Assembly (NCBI GenBank): GCA_018333995.1
Contig: JAGXSG010000021.1
Coordinates: 7,723-71,722, forward strand
Reading direction: 5' to 3'
Source of the DNA: Clostridiales bacterium
GTDB taxonomy: Bacteria > Actinomycetota > Coriobacteriia > Anaerosomatales > SLCP01
DNA: 64,000 nucleotides
A program made the position numbers and the translations under genes. The notes beneath the pieces are model-generated. The model was not told the DNA's origin. It ran no database searches and saw nothing but the letters and a program-made list of their open reading frames with translations. This document shows positions 19,224 through 28,235 of this stretch, piece by piece (position 1 is the stretch's first letter; each line of letters begins with the position of its first letter).

Positions 19224-19593
19224 TCAACTGTTGGACGGAGGCGTTGGGTAGCTCCTGAATGGTCTTGGAGCCATCACGCAGTGTGCGACCCATGGTAACG
19301 ATATGCAGCTGTCTCTTTGGGGTGTCGTAGAAATCACTAGGTACTTCGCGCTCGCAACCACGGTCAAATCAGGGAGAGAAACGTTCTTCTTGTTCTTGAA
19401 GAACAACTCGTAGAAGCGATCCACCGAGATCAGACAGCTGCTTGTCAATCTCATCCCACCAGTCGTTACAGAGTCGGTTCGCCAAGAAGCAAGCATCGAC
19501 GACGGAATAGTTTCTTCCGTCATCCGGCATGCAGTTGATCTTACTGGTGCGAGCCATGAGACCCCTGTGCATGGCTATCGAGCGGTTCCGCAC
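19224..19593 (-). pseudogene. Low-GC, frameshifted remnant of an unidentified gene
   Basis: Three short minus-strand ORFs in different frames read through one another (19593-19369, 19523-19224, 19293-18997); local GC about 43-50% versus about 65% background. Confidence 0.35.
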
Positions 19594-19603
19594 CGCGAAG
19601 AAC

Positions 19604-20899
19604 TCAGGCGACGCCCAGCCGCTCGAACAGGACGCTCAAGCTCTCCTGCTCAGGAACGAAGACGACAGCGACATCGAAACTCTGCCCTTCCGCACTCAAC
19701 GTGGTCCGCACAAGCGCCGCCCACGGCGCTCCCCCGGTCACCTTGGCGGTCGCCTCTTGGAGGATTGTTCCAGCAAAGTCGAGCTCGAACACCGCGTGCT
19801 CAAGGCGAGCGTCTAAACCAGCCAGCTGCGAAATAGCGCCTACATACTTCTCGGCGAGTATGGTACCCGCTTTCACGACGAGCGCCTCCTCAGCCGCGCC
19901 AAACAATCGCGTTGCGCCGGGAGCTCTGCCTTCTGCGATGTCACAGAGCTCGAGCAAGGTATCGCACGTCGCGATGATGAGCACGGCTCCGTGCATGTCG
20001 CCAGACACGCGAGCGCACGTAGCGCCTACGAGCGTCTTCGCGATCCCAAACGCGAACGATACCTCACCGGCGAGAACGGTCTGCAGCACTGGCGGGGACA
20101 ACGAGAAGCGTCGTCCAAGAATCTCCGAGAGCGCCGTTGCGGCATGTCCCGCGCCGATGTTCCCTACCTCACGAAGCGCGTCGATCTGTAACGGCGTGAG
20201 CCTCTCTGGTGTGCTGGCACTCTCCGAGACGAGCAACTGCTCCACGCTGAGTTCCGAGACCTCGTCGATCTCTCCGATCGAGTCGATTATGTCTTGCAGC
20301 GACCGGTCCGTCCGGATCGTCACGGAAAAGGCTCGCTCGAAGCGCTCTTCTTCAAGACGCGTCAGTGTCGGCTCGCTTCCCGTAATCTCGCCGAGTTCCG
20401 ACAAGCGCTTGATGACAACGTGTGCGCGGAGCGCCTTGAGCACGCACGACTCCTCCAGGGTGACATCAACGCGGACGATGGCGTGAGCGATGTCGCGCGC
20501 TGCGAGTCCGGCGGCAGACGGCATCGCGTGGTACGCGCCGTACCGGTCAGGATCGAGATCGGGCCACGGCATATCCGGAGGCGTCTGCGAGTTCATATCG
20601 GCTCCGATGAGGGGCCTCATCGCTGAAGTGGCTTCTCCCAGAGCCCCGATGAGTGCCGGGGTTACCACCGCGTCGCCCGTGTTCACCGAGTGCGCGAGCC
20701 GCTCCATGCGGGCCGCAAGCTCAGCCGATCGATCGAAGCCCATCGCTGAGCACATCCCCTTGAGTGTATGCGCCGCGCGAAAGATCTCTTCGGCCGTCAT
20801 CCGGTCATCCGGATCGTGGGCGAGCACCGCAAGCCTGCTCTCAAGCACGCCGAGGTACTCCTCGCTCTCCTCGGCGAACAGATCACGATAGGCGCTCAT
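19604..20899 (-). CDS. HPt (CheA P1-like) domain fused to CheC-like phosphatase domain
   Basis: HPt motif FRAAHTLKGMCSAMGF; CheC site DALREVGNIGAGHAATALSEILGRRFSLSPP (D-x3-E-x2-N-x22-P); no kinase or CheW domains; ATG at 20899 sits 1 nt after the cheB stop, so the longer ORF-track start at 21064 was rejected. Confidence 0.7.
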   Translation of the reverse strand: MSAYRDLFAEESEEYLGVLESRLAVLAHDPDDRMTAEEIFRAAHTLKGMCSAMGFDRSAELAARMERLAHSVNTGDAVVTPALIGALGEATSAMRPLIGADMNSQTPPDMPWPDLDPDRYGAYHAMPSAAGLAARDIAHAIVRVDVTLEESCVLKALRAHVVIKRLSELGEITGSEPTLTRLEEERFERAFSVTIRTDRSLQDIIDSIGEIDEVSELSVEQLLVSESASTPERLTPLQIDALREVGNIGAGHAATALSEILGRRFSLSPPVLQTVLAGEVSFAFGIAKTLVGATCARVSGDMHGAVLIIATCDTLLELCDIAEGRAPGATRLFGAAEEALVVKAGTILAEKYVGAISQLAGLDARLEHAVFELDFAGTILQEATAKVTGGAPWAALVRTTLSAEGQSFDVAVVFVPEQESLSVLFERLGVA

Positions 20900-20900
20900 C

Positions 20901-22055
20901 TCATTCACGCGTCGCCTCCTTCGCACGCACAGTTCTCCGGATCTCAGCCGGTATGGCATCGATGCTGATGGTCCGGTTAGAGGCGCGTTCCTTGATCGCA
21001 GAACCCGGCATCCCCCACACGATACTTGTCTTCTCATCTTGCACGATAGGGGCACCGCCCGCATCTCGGATCGCGCGCAGCCCCAGCGCGCCGTCCGATC
21101 CCATGCCAGTGAGCACTACGCCTACCGCCTGGGAACCGAACCGCTCGGCCACGCTGTAGAACAGCAGGTCGGCGGCTGGCCGGACGCCGTGCAACGGCGG
21201 CGTGAACGCATCGAACGCGATCCGGGCATCGGGCGGTTGACCCACTACAACCATGTGAACTCCATGCGGTGCGAGATATCCGCGCCCGCACTCCAGCGCC
21301 ATGTCCTCCTGCGCCTCTACGACATCGATACCGCCGGCGCGTGAGAGCCGCCTCGTCAGCGACGCCGAGAAACCGTGGGGCAAGTGCTGCACGACAAGTA
21401 CCGCCGCGGCCAGCGAAGATTCGAGCCCCCTGAAGACCTTCTCCAATGCTGGGGGACCCCCCGTCGAGGCCGCAATCGCCACCACTATCTCGCAGCCGGA
21501 TTCGATACTACCCGGCTTAGATGCCGCCCTTGACACGCGTGGCTCGGCGGCGCGTGCCGCAATCGCGGCCATCGTCCGCGCGATGGCGTTCTTGTCGATC
21601 GCCACCACGTCGGGCGAGACACGATACGCTGTCTTGATCGTTTTGATGAGCTGCTCTGACAGTTCCCCCACCGACATCGTGAACCGGCCCTTCGGTTTGG
21701 GCAGGAAGTCTACGGCACCAAGCGCGAGCGCCTGGTACGTGGTATCGGTGTCGTCCGCGGAAGAGAGCATGACCACTCGCGCATCACTGACCGAACGGAT
21801 ATGCGGCAGAGCTTCAAGTCCGCTGAGCTCGGGCATCTCGATGTCGAGCGTCACCACATCCGGATCAAACGCTCGCGCCATCTCAACGGCCTGCACGCCA
21901 TTGCGGGCGACACCAACGATCTCGATACTCGGGTCAAGCGATAGCGCCTGATGGAGCATCTGCCGCACAAGCGCCGAATCGTCGACGATGAGGACCCTGA
22001 TCGTCGCCCGCATGTGGTCTGGACGCGGCACTGCTATCGCTGGGCGCCAAGACAC
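20901..22055 (-). CDS. cheB: CheB-type response regulator / protein-glutamate methylesterase
   Basis: Receiver IRVLIVDDSALVRQML...TLDIEMP; esterase triad context AASTGGP, VVQHLPHGF, GMGSDG; the start may instead be the Met at 22013. Confidence 0.8.
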   Translation of the reverse strand: MSWRPAIAVPRPDHMRATIRVLIVDDSALVRQMLHQALSLDPSIEIVGVARNGVQAVEMARAFDPDVVTLDIEMPELSGLEALPHIRSVSDARVVMLSSADDTDTTYQALALGAVDFLPKPKGRFTMSVGELSEQLIKTIKTAYRVSPDVVAIDKNAIARTMAAIAARAAEPRVSRAASKPGSIESGCEIVVAIAASTGGPPALEKVFRGLESSLAAAVLVVQHLPHGFSASLTRRLSRAGGIDVVEAQEDMALECGRGYLAPHGVHMVVVGQPPDARIAFDAFTPPLHGVRPAADLLFYSVAERFGSQAVGVVLTGMGSDGALGLRAIRDAGGAPIVQDEKTSIVWGMPGSAIKERASNRTISIDAIPAEIRRTVRAKEATRE

Positions 22056-22402
22056 TTCGTGACGAGCTCAAGAACTTTGGCTGGCTGGAACGGCTTAACG
22101 ATAAAGTCAGCCGCGCCGGCCGCGAGCGCCTCGGCAATCATCGAGTCCTGACCCATGGCGCTGACCATGATGATCCGCGCACCGGGATCGCGCTCACGGA
22201 TGCCCCGCACCGCCTCCACGCCGCTCATCGCCGGCATGGTGATATCCATTGTGACGAGATCAGGTGTGACTCGAGCGTACTCTTCGATCGCCTGTGGTCC
22301 GTTTCCGGCCTCGTGAATCTCGTATCCGGCGGCCTCAAGGATGTCGCGAAGCATCATGCGCATAAACGCAGCGTCATCGACGACCAGGATTGTCGCACCC
22401 AT
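22034..22402 (-). CDS. cheY: CheY-like single-domain response regulator
   Basis: 122 aa; ILVVDDAAFMR, phospho-acceptor context DLVTMDITMP, C-terminal KPF. Confidence 0.85.
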   Translation of the reverse strand: MGATILVVDDAAFMRMMLRDILEAAGYEIHEAGNGPQAIEEYARVTPDLVTMDITMPAMSGVEAVRGIRERDPGARIIMVSAMGQDSMIAEALAAGAADFIVKPFQPAKVLELVTKCLGAQR

Positions 22403-22490
22403 CCCTCATGTCCTTTCGCGCCAGCGTGCCGCGTCACGGATTCCCCGTGCATAATACCTGAAACAGACGCGCGACACTGTGACGCACCCC

Positions 22491-23420
22491 TCACTTCCCT
22501 CTATACGTCCCAGCGACCAGGTATCCACCTCCTCCTCGTGCTTTCACCCGGTACATCGCACTGTCGGCTCGCTTGAGAAGCGAGTCCGCGTCGTCACCCT
22601 CACGAAAGTGTGCGATGCCGATGCTCGCCATCGCGGCATGTATTCCCTCGGTGTTCGTACGGTACGCCTGCAGCGCGGCAAGAATCTTCTCGGCCACGGT
22701 CACCGCCGCTGAAGGCACCCCGGCGTCGGCGAGCAAGACCACGAACTCGTCACCTCCCAGTCGCGCCACCGTGTCGCTCGCCCTCACCGACGAGGCAAGG
22801 ACGTGCGCGACGAGACTGAGAACCTCATCACCTCGCGCATGGCCGAGGGTATCGTTGATCCTCTTGAAACCGTCCACATCGCAGAAGAGCACCGCGGGGG
22901 TGACTCCTTCGCGACGAGCGCGAGCGAGAGCGCTTTCCAGCCGGTCACCGAGGAGCAAGCGGTTGGGAAGGCCGGTCAGTGAATCGTGGGTAGCGTGATG
23001 CTCCGCGCGCCGCTCGGCCTGTTTGCGTTCGGTGATATCGCGGATCACCGCGATGATGTAGGGTTCCACCGCCGATTCGATCACGCGAGCGTTGACCTCG
23101 ACCGGAATTTCGCTCCCGTCGGCTCGCCGGTGGACCGACTCGAACAAGGTGCCCTCGGCCGTAATCTGATTGTCGCGGGTCGCATCCGGAGGAGCGGGCG
23201 GGGCGCCATCGGGAGTGGCGATCAGGTCGTAGATTCGCGCGCCGATGAGCCTCTCGCGGGCAACTCCATAGAGGGACTCAGCTGCGGGATTCACCTGGAG
23301 GATGCGTCCATCACGCACCCTCACGAAGAAGACCACGTCACTCATGTGCTCAAAGAGCGCGCGGTATTCATCGCGTGTGTGGTCAGGACGCGACTCGGGC
23401 TTGTCCGGACGTGTTGTCAT
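22491..23420 (-). CDS. PAS-GGDEF diguanylate cyclase
   Basis: PAS-like N-half, then FCDVDGFKRINDTLGHARGD...RLGGDEFVVLL; ATG at 23420 chosen over the longer ORF start at 23522. Confidence 0.8.
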   Translation of the reverse strand: MTTRPDKPESRPDHTRDEYRALFEHMSDVVFFVRVRDGRILQVNPAAESLYGVARERLIGARIYDLIATPDGAPPAPPDATRDNQITAEGTLFESVHRRADGSEIPVEVNARVIESAVEPYIIAVIRDITERKQAERRAEHHATHDSLTGLPNRLLLGDRLESALARARREGVTPAVLFCDVDGFKRINDTLGHARGDEVLSLVAHVLASSVRASDTVARLGGDEFVVLLADAGVPSAAVTVAEKILAALQAYRTNTEGIHAAMASIGIAHFREGDDADSLLKRADSAMYRVKARGGGGYLVAGTYRGK

Positions 23421-23574
23421 GTCGGCTCTGTTTCGCGAGTGCCGGCGCCCCGTGCATCCCCCATGTAGCACATCGCGTGCCCAACGAGCTACGTGTAAGC
23501 ATTGCATCTGGCGCAGCGGCACATGTGCGCATGCGGCAGACTTCTTATTAGCGTCGATTCCGTGGTAACATGCG

Positions 23575-24654
23575 ATGTTTTCACCCTATGAACCAGTCCT
23601 TCGGGGAGCACGGATGCAGGTTCGCGTAGCCATTGTGAAGACCATCGGCGTGCTGAGTTCAATCGCCCTGTTCGCGACCTCTGGCGCGCTCGCGTGGGCC
23701 GCCACCGAAGACTACGCTGCCCGCGCACGCGTTCCGATGGGCGTGACTCTAACGGGAGGCCGTGACCTCGGCGGCATGACCGCGAGCGAAGTACGCCGCG
23801 CGCTCTTGGATGACATCGCCGCGTCGTCGCGCGAACCGCTCACCATCACCGCCGACGGCCAAACGTTCACGCTCGATTTGCGCCGCCACCTCACGATCGA
23901 CATCGAAGGCGCGGTTGCGAGCGCATTCGAACCGGTGCTCGACTCCGCGATTAACCAGCGGGTCTGGCGTACCTTGGCCGATGAGCCCGTCTACCACGAC
24001 ATCGAGCCGGCTGTCAGCGTCGACCGTGAGTCCTTGGCTTCGACGGTGCGCACGATCGCCGCGTCCGTGTACCGCCCCGCGGTCGACGCGACGATCACCA
24101 TCGAATCTGGCGCGATACTCATCCGCGAGTCGGTGCCTGGGCGTTCGACGGACGTGACGGTTGCGGTCTCCATCCTCGAGCGAACGCTTCTTGCCGGAGG
24201 TGAGCGGGTCACGATCCCGGTAGACCCGGTACCCCCCGCAGTAAGCGAGACCGACCTCGGACGTACGATCGTCGTCTCACTTCGCAGCCGCACGCTCAAA
24301 CTCTACGACGGGATCGAGGTGGACCGCACGTACCGTGTCGCGGTCGGCAAGCCCGGGTACTCGACGCCACGCGGGAGCTGGGAGATCGTACAGAAACGCT
24401 ACCGGCCTACGTGGGGCAACCCGGGCAGCGCCTGGGCCGCCGAGATGCCCAGGTTCATCCCTCCAGGACCCGGCAACCCGCTCGGCACGAGAGCGCTCAA
24501 TCTTAGCGTCCCCGGGATCCGGATCCACGGCACCTCAAACGTCGCTTCGATCGGCACAGCGGCGAGTCACGGATGCATCCGCATGGTTCGGCGTGACGTC
24601 GAAGAGCTCTACGATCTGGTCGACGTAGGCACGCGGGTGCTTATCGTCCGCTAA
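23575..24654 (+). CDS. L,D-transpeptidase (YkuD/ErfK family) with N-terminal anchor and accessory domain
   Basis: Catalytic motif IRIHGTSNVASIGTAASHGCIRM; hydrophobic N-terminus; the start may be the Met at 23614. Confidence 0.85.
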   Translation: MFSPYEPVLRGARMQVRVAIVKTIGVLSSIALFATSGALAWAATEDYAARARVPMGVTLTGGRDLGGMTASEVRRALLDDIAASSREPLTITADGQTFTLDLRRHLTIDIEGAVASAFEPVLDSAINQRVWRTLADEPVYHDIEPAVSVDRESLASTVRTIAASVYRPAVDATITIESGAILIRESVPGRSTDVTVAVSILERTLLAGGERVTIPVDPVPPAVSETDLGRTIVVSLRSRTLKLYDGIEVDRTYRVAVGKPGYSTPRGSWEIVQKRYRPTWGNPGSAWAAEMPRFIPPGPGNPLGTRALNLSVPGIRIHGTSNVASIGTAASHGCIRMVRRDVEELYDLVDVGTRVLIVR

Positions 24655-24661
24655 CGAGCAT

Positions 24662-27600
24662 CTAATTCTGGAGCCACACCCTGTCGAGGTAGAGCCGGTG
24701 GTCCTGATGGCCGCCGCTCGTATGGTCGATCTGTATCCGCAGCTCTCCGCTACCTGATACGAACCTCGGGTGAGCGATCGGATACGTGTACAATCCGTTG
24801 ACGCTCGCGGCAGGCAGCTTGCCGAGGGTGACCCAGCCCGGCGTCGCCGCTGCAAAGTCCCACGCCCGCACCACCACATTATGGCCAAGCGCCACGCCCG
24901 CCGGGTCGTAGCGGCCCCACAGCCGCAACGCCACGGGTGTGGCGGTCAATCCCGTGAAGCCGATCTCCACTCGCATCGCGGGTGAACCCTGCCGCTCATC
25001 AACGACGTAGTACGCACCGTCTTGATGGAGCACGTCGGCGAGTCCCCCCGTGACGCCATCGTTGACCGGAGCGGTGATCGCGGTTGGCCCCGCCTCCCCG
25101 ACGATACGGCTGTACGCGTTCGCGGTGCTACCGAGATGGCACGACGTGTAGCACGCACCGCCATTAGGGGCTGCGTCCACCCAGTCCACATCGGAACGAA
25201 TGAGGTAGCGGTTCACGCTTCCGTGATTGGTGTGGCATGTCTGGCAACTCAGGCGAAACTCGTCCACGTGGCGCGCGTGAAGCTGTGCGCCACTTGTCGC
25301 GTCGTAAAACCGGCTGACCTGGGGCGAACCGTCTGTGCCATCACGGTAGACCCCAGAGGCGTGACACCGGTAGCACAACATCCCCGCGTCTCCAGGCTCG
25401 ATACCGATGACCGACGCTTTGAGCAATGGAGACGCCGGACTCGTGTGCGGGCCGATCGGCTGGGACGCGCTCGCGTTACCGTGACAATCGACACAGTAGA
25501 TGCGCGCGCCCGAGGCCGGATGATCGCCCGTGACTGGATGCGCCGAGCCGCCAAGAGCCACCGAATCGAACTCAGCGGCCACGTCGCGCGGCGAGCCGCC
25601 CCACGTGGCGGGGCCGTGGCACTTGAAGCACGTCTCGTACTCGTAGTCGACACGCGGCTTGAGTGTCCCGGTCACTGGATCGTAGCCAGACGATCCTTTG
25701 AGCACACCGTAGGCGACGGGCGCGACCGCGGCCGAACCGTCGGCCACATGGACATTGTGGCAGTCGACGCACTCAACGTGGCGCGGGAACGCTCCCTGCT
25801 CCCCGGACACGTGCGCTCCCGCTACGGCGCTCGCGGGATGACGGCTACGGCCTACCGGGCCAAGATCGGCCACCACGATGCCTGGCGTCGTCCCCGCAAG
25901 CTCGACACCGCCTGCGGGGGCAGTCTCGTTAATGACGAACGTGGCACCGTCGCGGACGAGCGTCTGGAGCGATGGTGGCACGGAGACACCGGGGGTGCGA
26001 GAGAAAGTTCCCGCATTGGCAATCGCGATCTCCGCGACGCCATCGCCGTTGACGTCTCCAGCGGCTAGCGCGGCGGACGCGACTCCCATTCCCGTCTCGA
26101 CATCGACACGTGCACCGAGACCGGTCGCACCGGTCTCGAAGATGGTCACGGCGTTCATCCCCGACTCATTGCGGACCGCTACCGCGACACCCGGAACAGA
26201 TCCCGCCATGAACGGGCCAATTACCGTGTCCCACGCGCGAGCGCCGACGGTGCCAAAGACAGCCCGGGTCGCCTCGGGAACGGCGTCAGCCGATGCTGGC
26301 GCGTACACCGAAATACTCGGTGTAGCGGCGCCCGCATCCGCCACGGCGATGCCTGCGGCTCCTCCCGCGAGAACAGGGCCGATGGAGGGGCCGCGCGGCT
26401 CAGGGTGCAGCGTCTCAAATGAAGTGACCGCGACGGTCGCCGTATCCGCCTGGCTCACGACGTACACGGCCCACGGGCTGTCTGTCGCTGCCGCTGACCT
26501 TGCCGTCACCACGAGCTGATCGGGTGCGATGCCAAGACCGAGAGTGCCGCCCGCGATACCGGTTGCGTCATAGCCCAACGGAAACGACGTGGCGAGCGCT
26601 GATGTGAGCGTCGTGCCGTCGTGGCGGTAGAAGCGCAGCGTACTTGCGCCATCGGCGTCCACGCTTACGACCGCCGCCTCAGGCCTGCCGCTCGCGTCCA
26701 GCAAAAAATCCCCCGCCGTAAGCAACGAGGCGGTAGCCTCCAGCGAGTACGACGTGGCCGCGATACCGTCGAGCAGGTTGTAGCGGTAGACGTGGACACG
26801 GCCGGGGGAGCCGACGGAAGGGTCAGCGACCACGAGATCGTGCTCACCGGCCGCCGCGTCACCATCGATGCCACCGTACGCCACGGCAACGGAGCCGCTC
26901 CTGGCTTCAGGAGCGGACGGGACGTAGCGTCGCGGACCCTCGAGCGCGCGAGGGGCAGGGGTATTCGCAGGGGTCCACACGTGGAGCGAGCTATACGCGT
27001 GCGGAAGGACGAGGGGATCGTACGCGACCACGACCTCGTCTCCGGCAAGGTCAGTCGGCACCGCCATCGCCTTAAAATCGGTAGCGGCCGTTTGGCCATC
27101 ATGACAGCGATAGCACAGTTCGCGGCCCTCGGCGTCGGCGAGCGCGGTGATGACCCCGCCTCGGCCGTCCTCGCGACCCATCGGGTTGTGGCACGACTGG
27201 CACTCGCCCGCCAGACGCGTGCTCTCTCTTGACGCCCATTCGCCGAGCGGCGCGACCGTCGCTATGGTAGAACCGTGCGACGAAGCGGTGTACGTCGCCT
27301 CTCCGCTCCACGCGGTTCCCGCACCGGCCAGCGTATGGCACACGTAGCACATCGTGCGATCATTCGAAGCAATCGTCACCGTCGCCGGCGCTGACGGGGG
27401 TGAGAAACGGGTGCGGATGAGCGGAGCGATCGCCGATCCATGCGGCTCGTGGCACACACCGCACGTGATCTGCGCGGCACCTGCTCGCGGCGTGAGTCCA
27501 GCGTGTGCGGTGTCGCGATAGACGGTAAGGCCGCGGAAAGCGCTCGGCGCGCGCGCCTCGAAGTGACACGTTGCGCAGAACTCCTCGGCAGTGTTTCGCT

Positions 27601-28129
27601 CCGTCCCGTCTGAGGTCAACGCACGCAAAAGCGCCTGCCACGGTTCATCCGTCGGCGTGCGCGCTGCACCGTGAGCGTCGTGGCAGCTGCTGCACTGTTT
27701 GGGAGTGGGCCCATAGGCGGACGTGTCCGGTGCGAGCACGTGCGCCGATGCGTGCGCAAAATCATCTTGGACGCCCGTGCCCGATCCGAGCGTGTCGATG
27801 CCGTGACACGCGAAACACAGCGTCGTGTCCCCCGCGCCGGTAGGCTCGGTGATAACAAGCGCGGAGCCGGTGGTTTCCCAGGTACCCGGCATAGTGCGCT
27901 CCACCACGCCAGGCGCGGTATGGGCGCGATGGCACATCGCACACGCTTCGGGAGTGTCCGCGTCGACGACATGCGGCGCGGCGGAACCAAACGCGAGAGC
28001 GGGCGCTGCGACATAGAGGCACGCCGTGAGCACGAAAACCACGCAGCTCGCGAACGACGGCCTCACCTTACCCCGTATTCCCACCTCGGCGTACGTACGA
28101 GCCGTACGGACGCCGCGACCATCCGTCAT
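24662..28129 (-). CDS. Large secreted multihaem c-type cytochrome (13 CxxCH + 1 CxxxCH) with central FG-GAP/VCBS-like propeller region and C-terminal beta-sandwich-like domain
   Basis: 8 CxxCH in the N-terminal third and 5 CxxCH plus CYTSCH in the C-terminal third; central region with GDVNGDGVAEIAIAN-type repeats; signal/anchor FASCVVFVLTACLYVAAPALAFG; ATG at 28129 preceded by GGAAGAGG. Confidence 0.8.
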   Translation of the reverse strand: MTDGRGVRTARTYAEVGIRGKVRPSFASCVVFVLTACLYVAAPALAFGSAAPHVVDADTPEACAMCHRAHTAPGVVERTMPGTWETTGSALVITEPTGAGDTTLCFACHGIDTLGSGTGVQDDFAHASAHVLAPDTSAYGPTPKQCSSCHDAHGAARTPTDEPWQALLRALTSDGTERNTAEEFCATCHFEARAPSAFRGLTVYRDTAHAGLTPRAGAAQITCGVCHEPHGSAIAPLIRTRFSPPSAPATVTIASNDRTMCYVCHTLAGAGTAWSGEATYTASSHGSTIATVAPLGEWASRESTRLAGECQSCHNPMGREDGRGGVITALADAEGRELCYRCHDGQTAATDFKAMAVPTDLAGDEVVVAYDPLVLPHAYSSLHVWTPANTPAPRALEGPRRYVPSAPEARSGSVAVAYGGIDGDAAAGEHDLVVADPSVGSPGRVHVYRYNLLDGIAATSYSLEATASLLTAGDFLLDASGRPEAAVVSVDADGASTLRFYRHDGTTLTSALATSFPLGYDATGIAGGTLGLGIAPDQLVVTARSAAATDSPWAVYVVSQADTATVAVTSFETLHPEPRGPSIGPVLAGGAAGIAVADAGAATPSISVYAPASADAVPEATRAVFGTVGARAWDTVIGPFMAGSVPGVAVAVRNESGMNAVTIFETGATGLGARVDVETGMGVASAALAAGDVNGDGVAEIAIANAGTFSRTPGVSVPPSLQTLVRDGATFVINETAPAGGVELAGTTPGIVVADLGPVGRSRHPASAVAGAHVSGEQGAFPRHVECVDCHNVHVADGSAAVAPVAYGVLKGSSGYDPVTGTLKPRVDYEYETCFKCHGPATWGGSPRDVAAEFDSVALGGSAHPVTGDHPASGARIYCVDCHGNASASQPIGPHTSPASPLLKASVIGIEPGDAGMLCYRCHASGVYRDGTDGSPQVSRFYDATSGAQLHARHVDEFRLSCQTCHTNHGSVNRYLIRSDVDWVDAAPNGGACYTSCHLGSTANAYSRIVGEAGPTAITAPVNDGVTGGLADVLHQDGAYYVVDERQGSPAMRVEIGFTGLTATPVALRLWGRYDPAGVALGHNVVVRAWDFAAATPGWVTLGKLPAASVNGLYTYPIAHPRFVSGSGELRIQIDHTSGGHQDHRLYLDRVWLQN

Positions 28130-28235
28130 CGGCCTCTTCCGTTCTTGGTGCCTCGGCGGGTCATGCCGGCGACCAGACCCGAGAACCTTCCGGCCCAGTA
28201 TACCCGTCAAAGCCACGCACCGCACCGGTCAGGAC

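Noticed and set aside
20900-21064. Longer start for the HPt-CheC ORF overlapping cheB by 164 nt
   Set aside because: An internal ATG at 20899 sits 1 nt after the cheB stop, and the extension is Arg/Cys-rich nonsense. Similar extended starts were rejected at 23421-23522, 28130-28225, 31515-31589, 47181-47327, 52210-52308, 53237-53284, 59458-59595 and 61004-61222.
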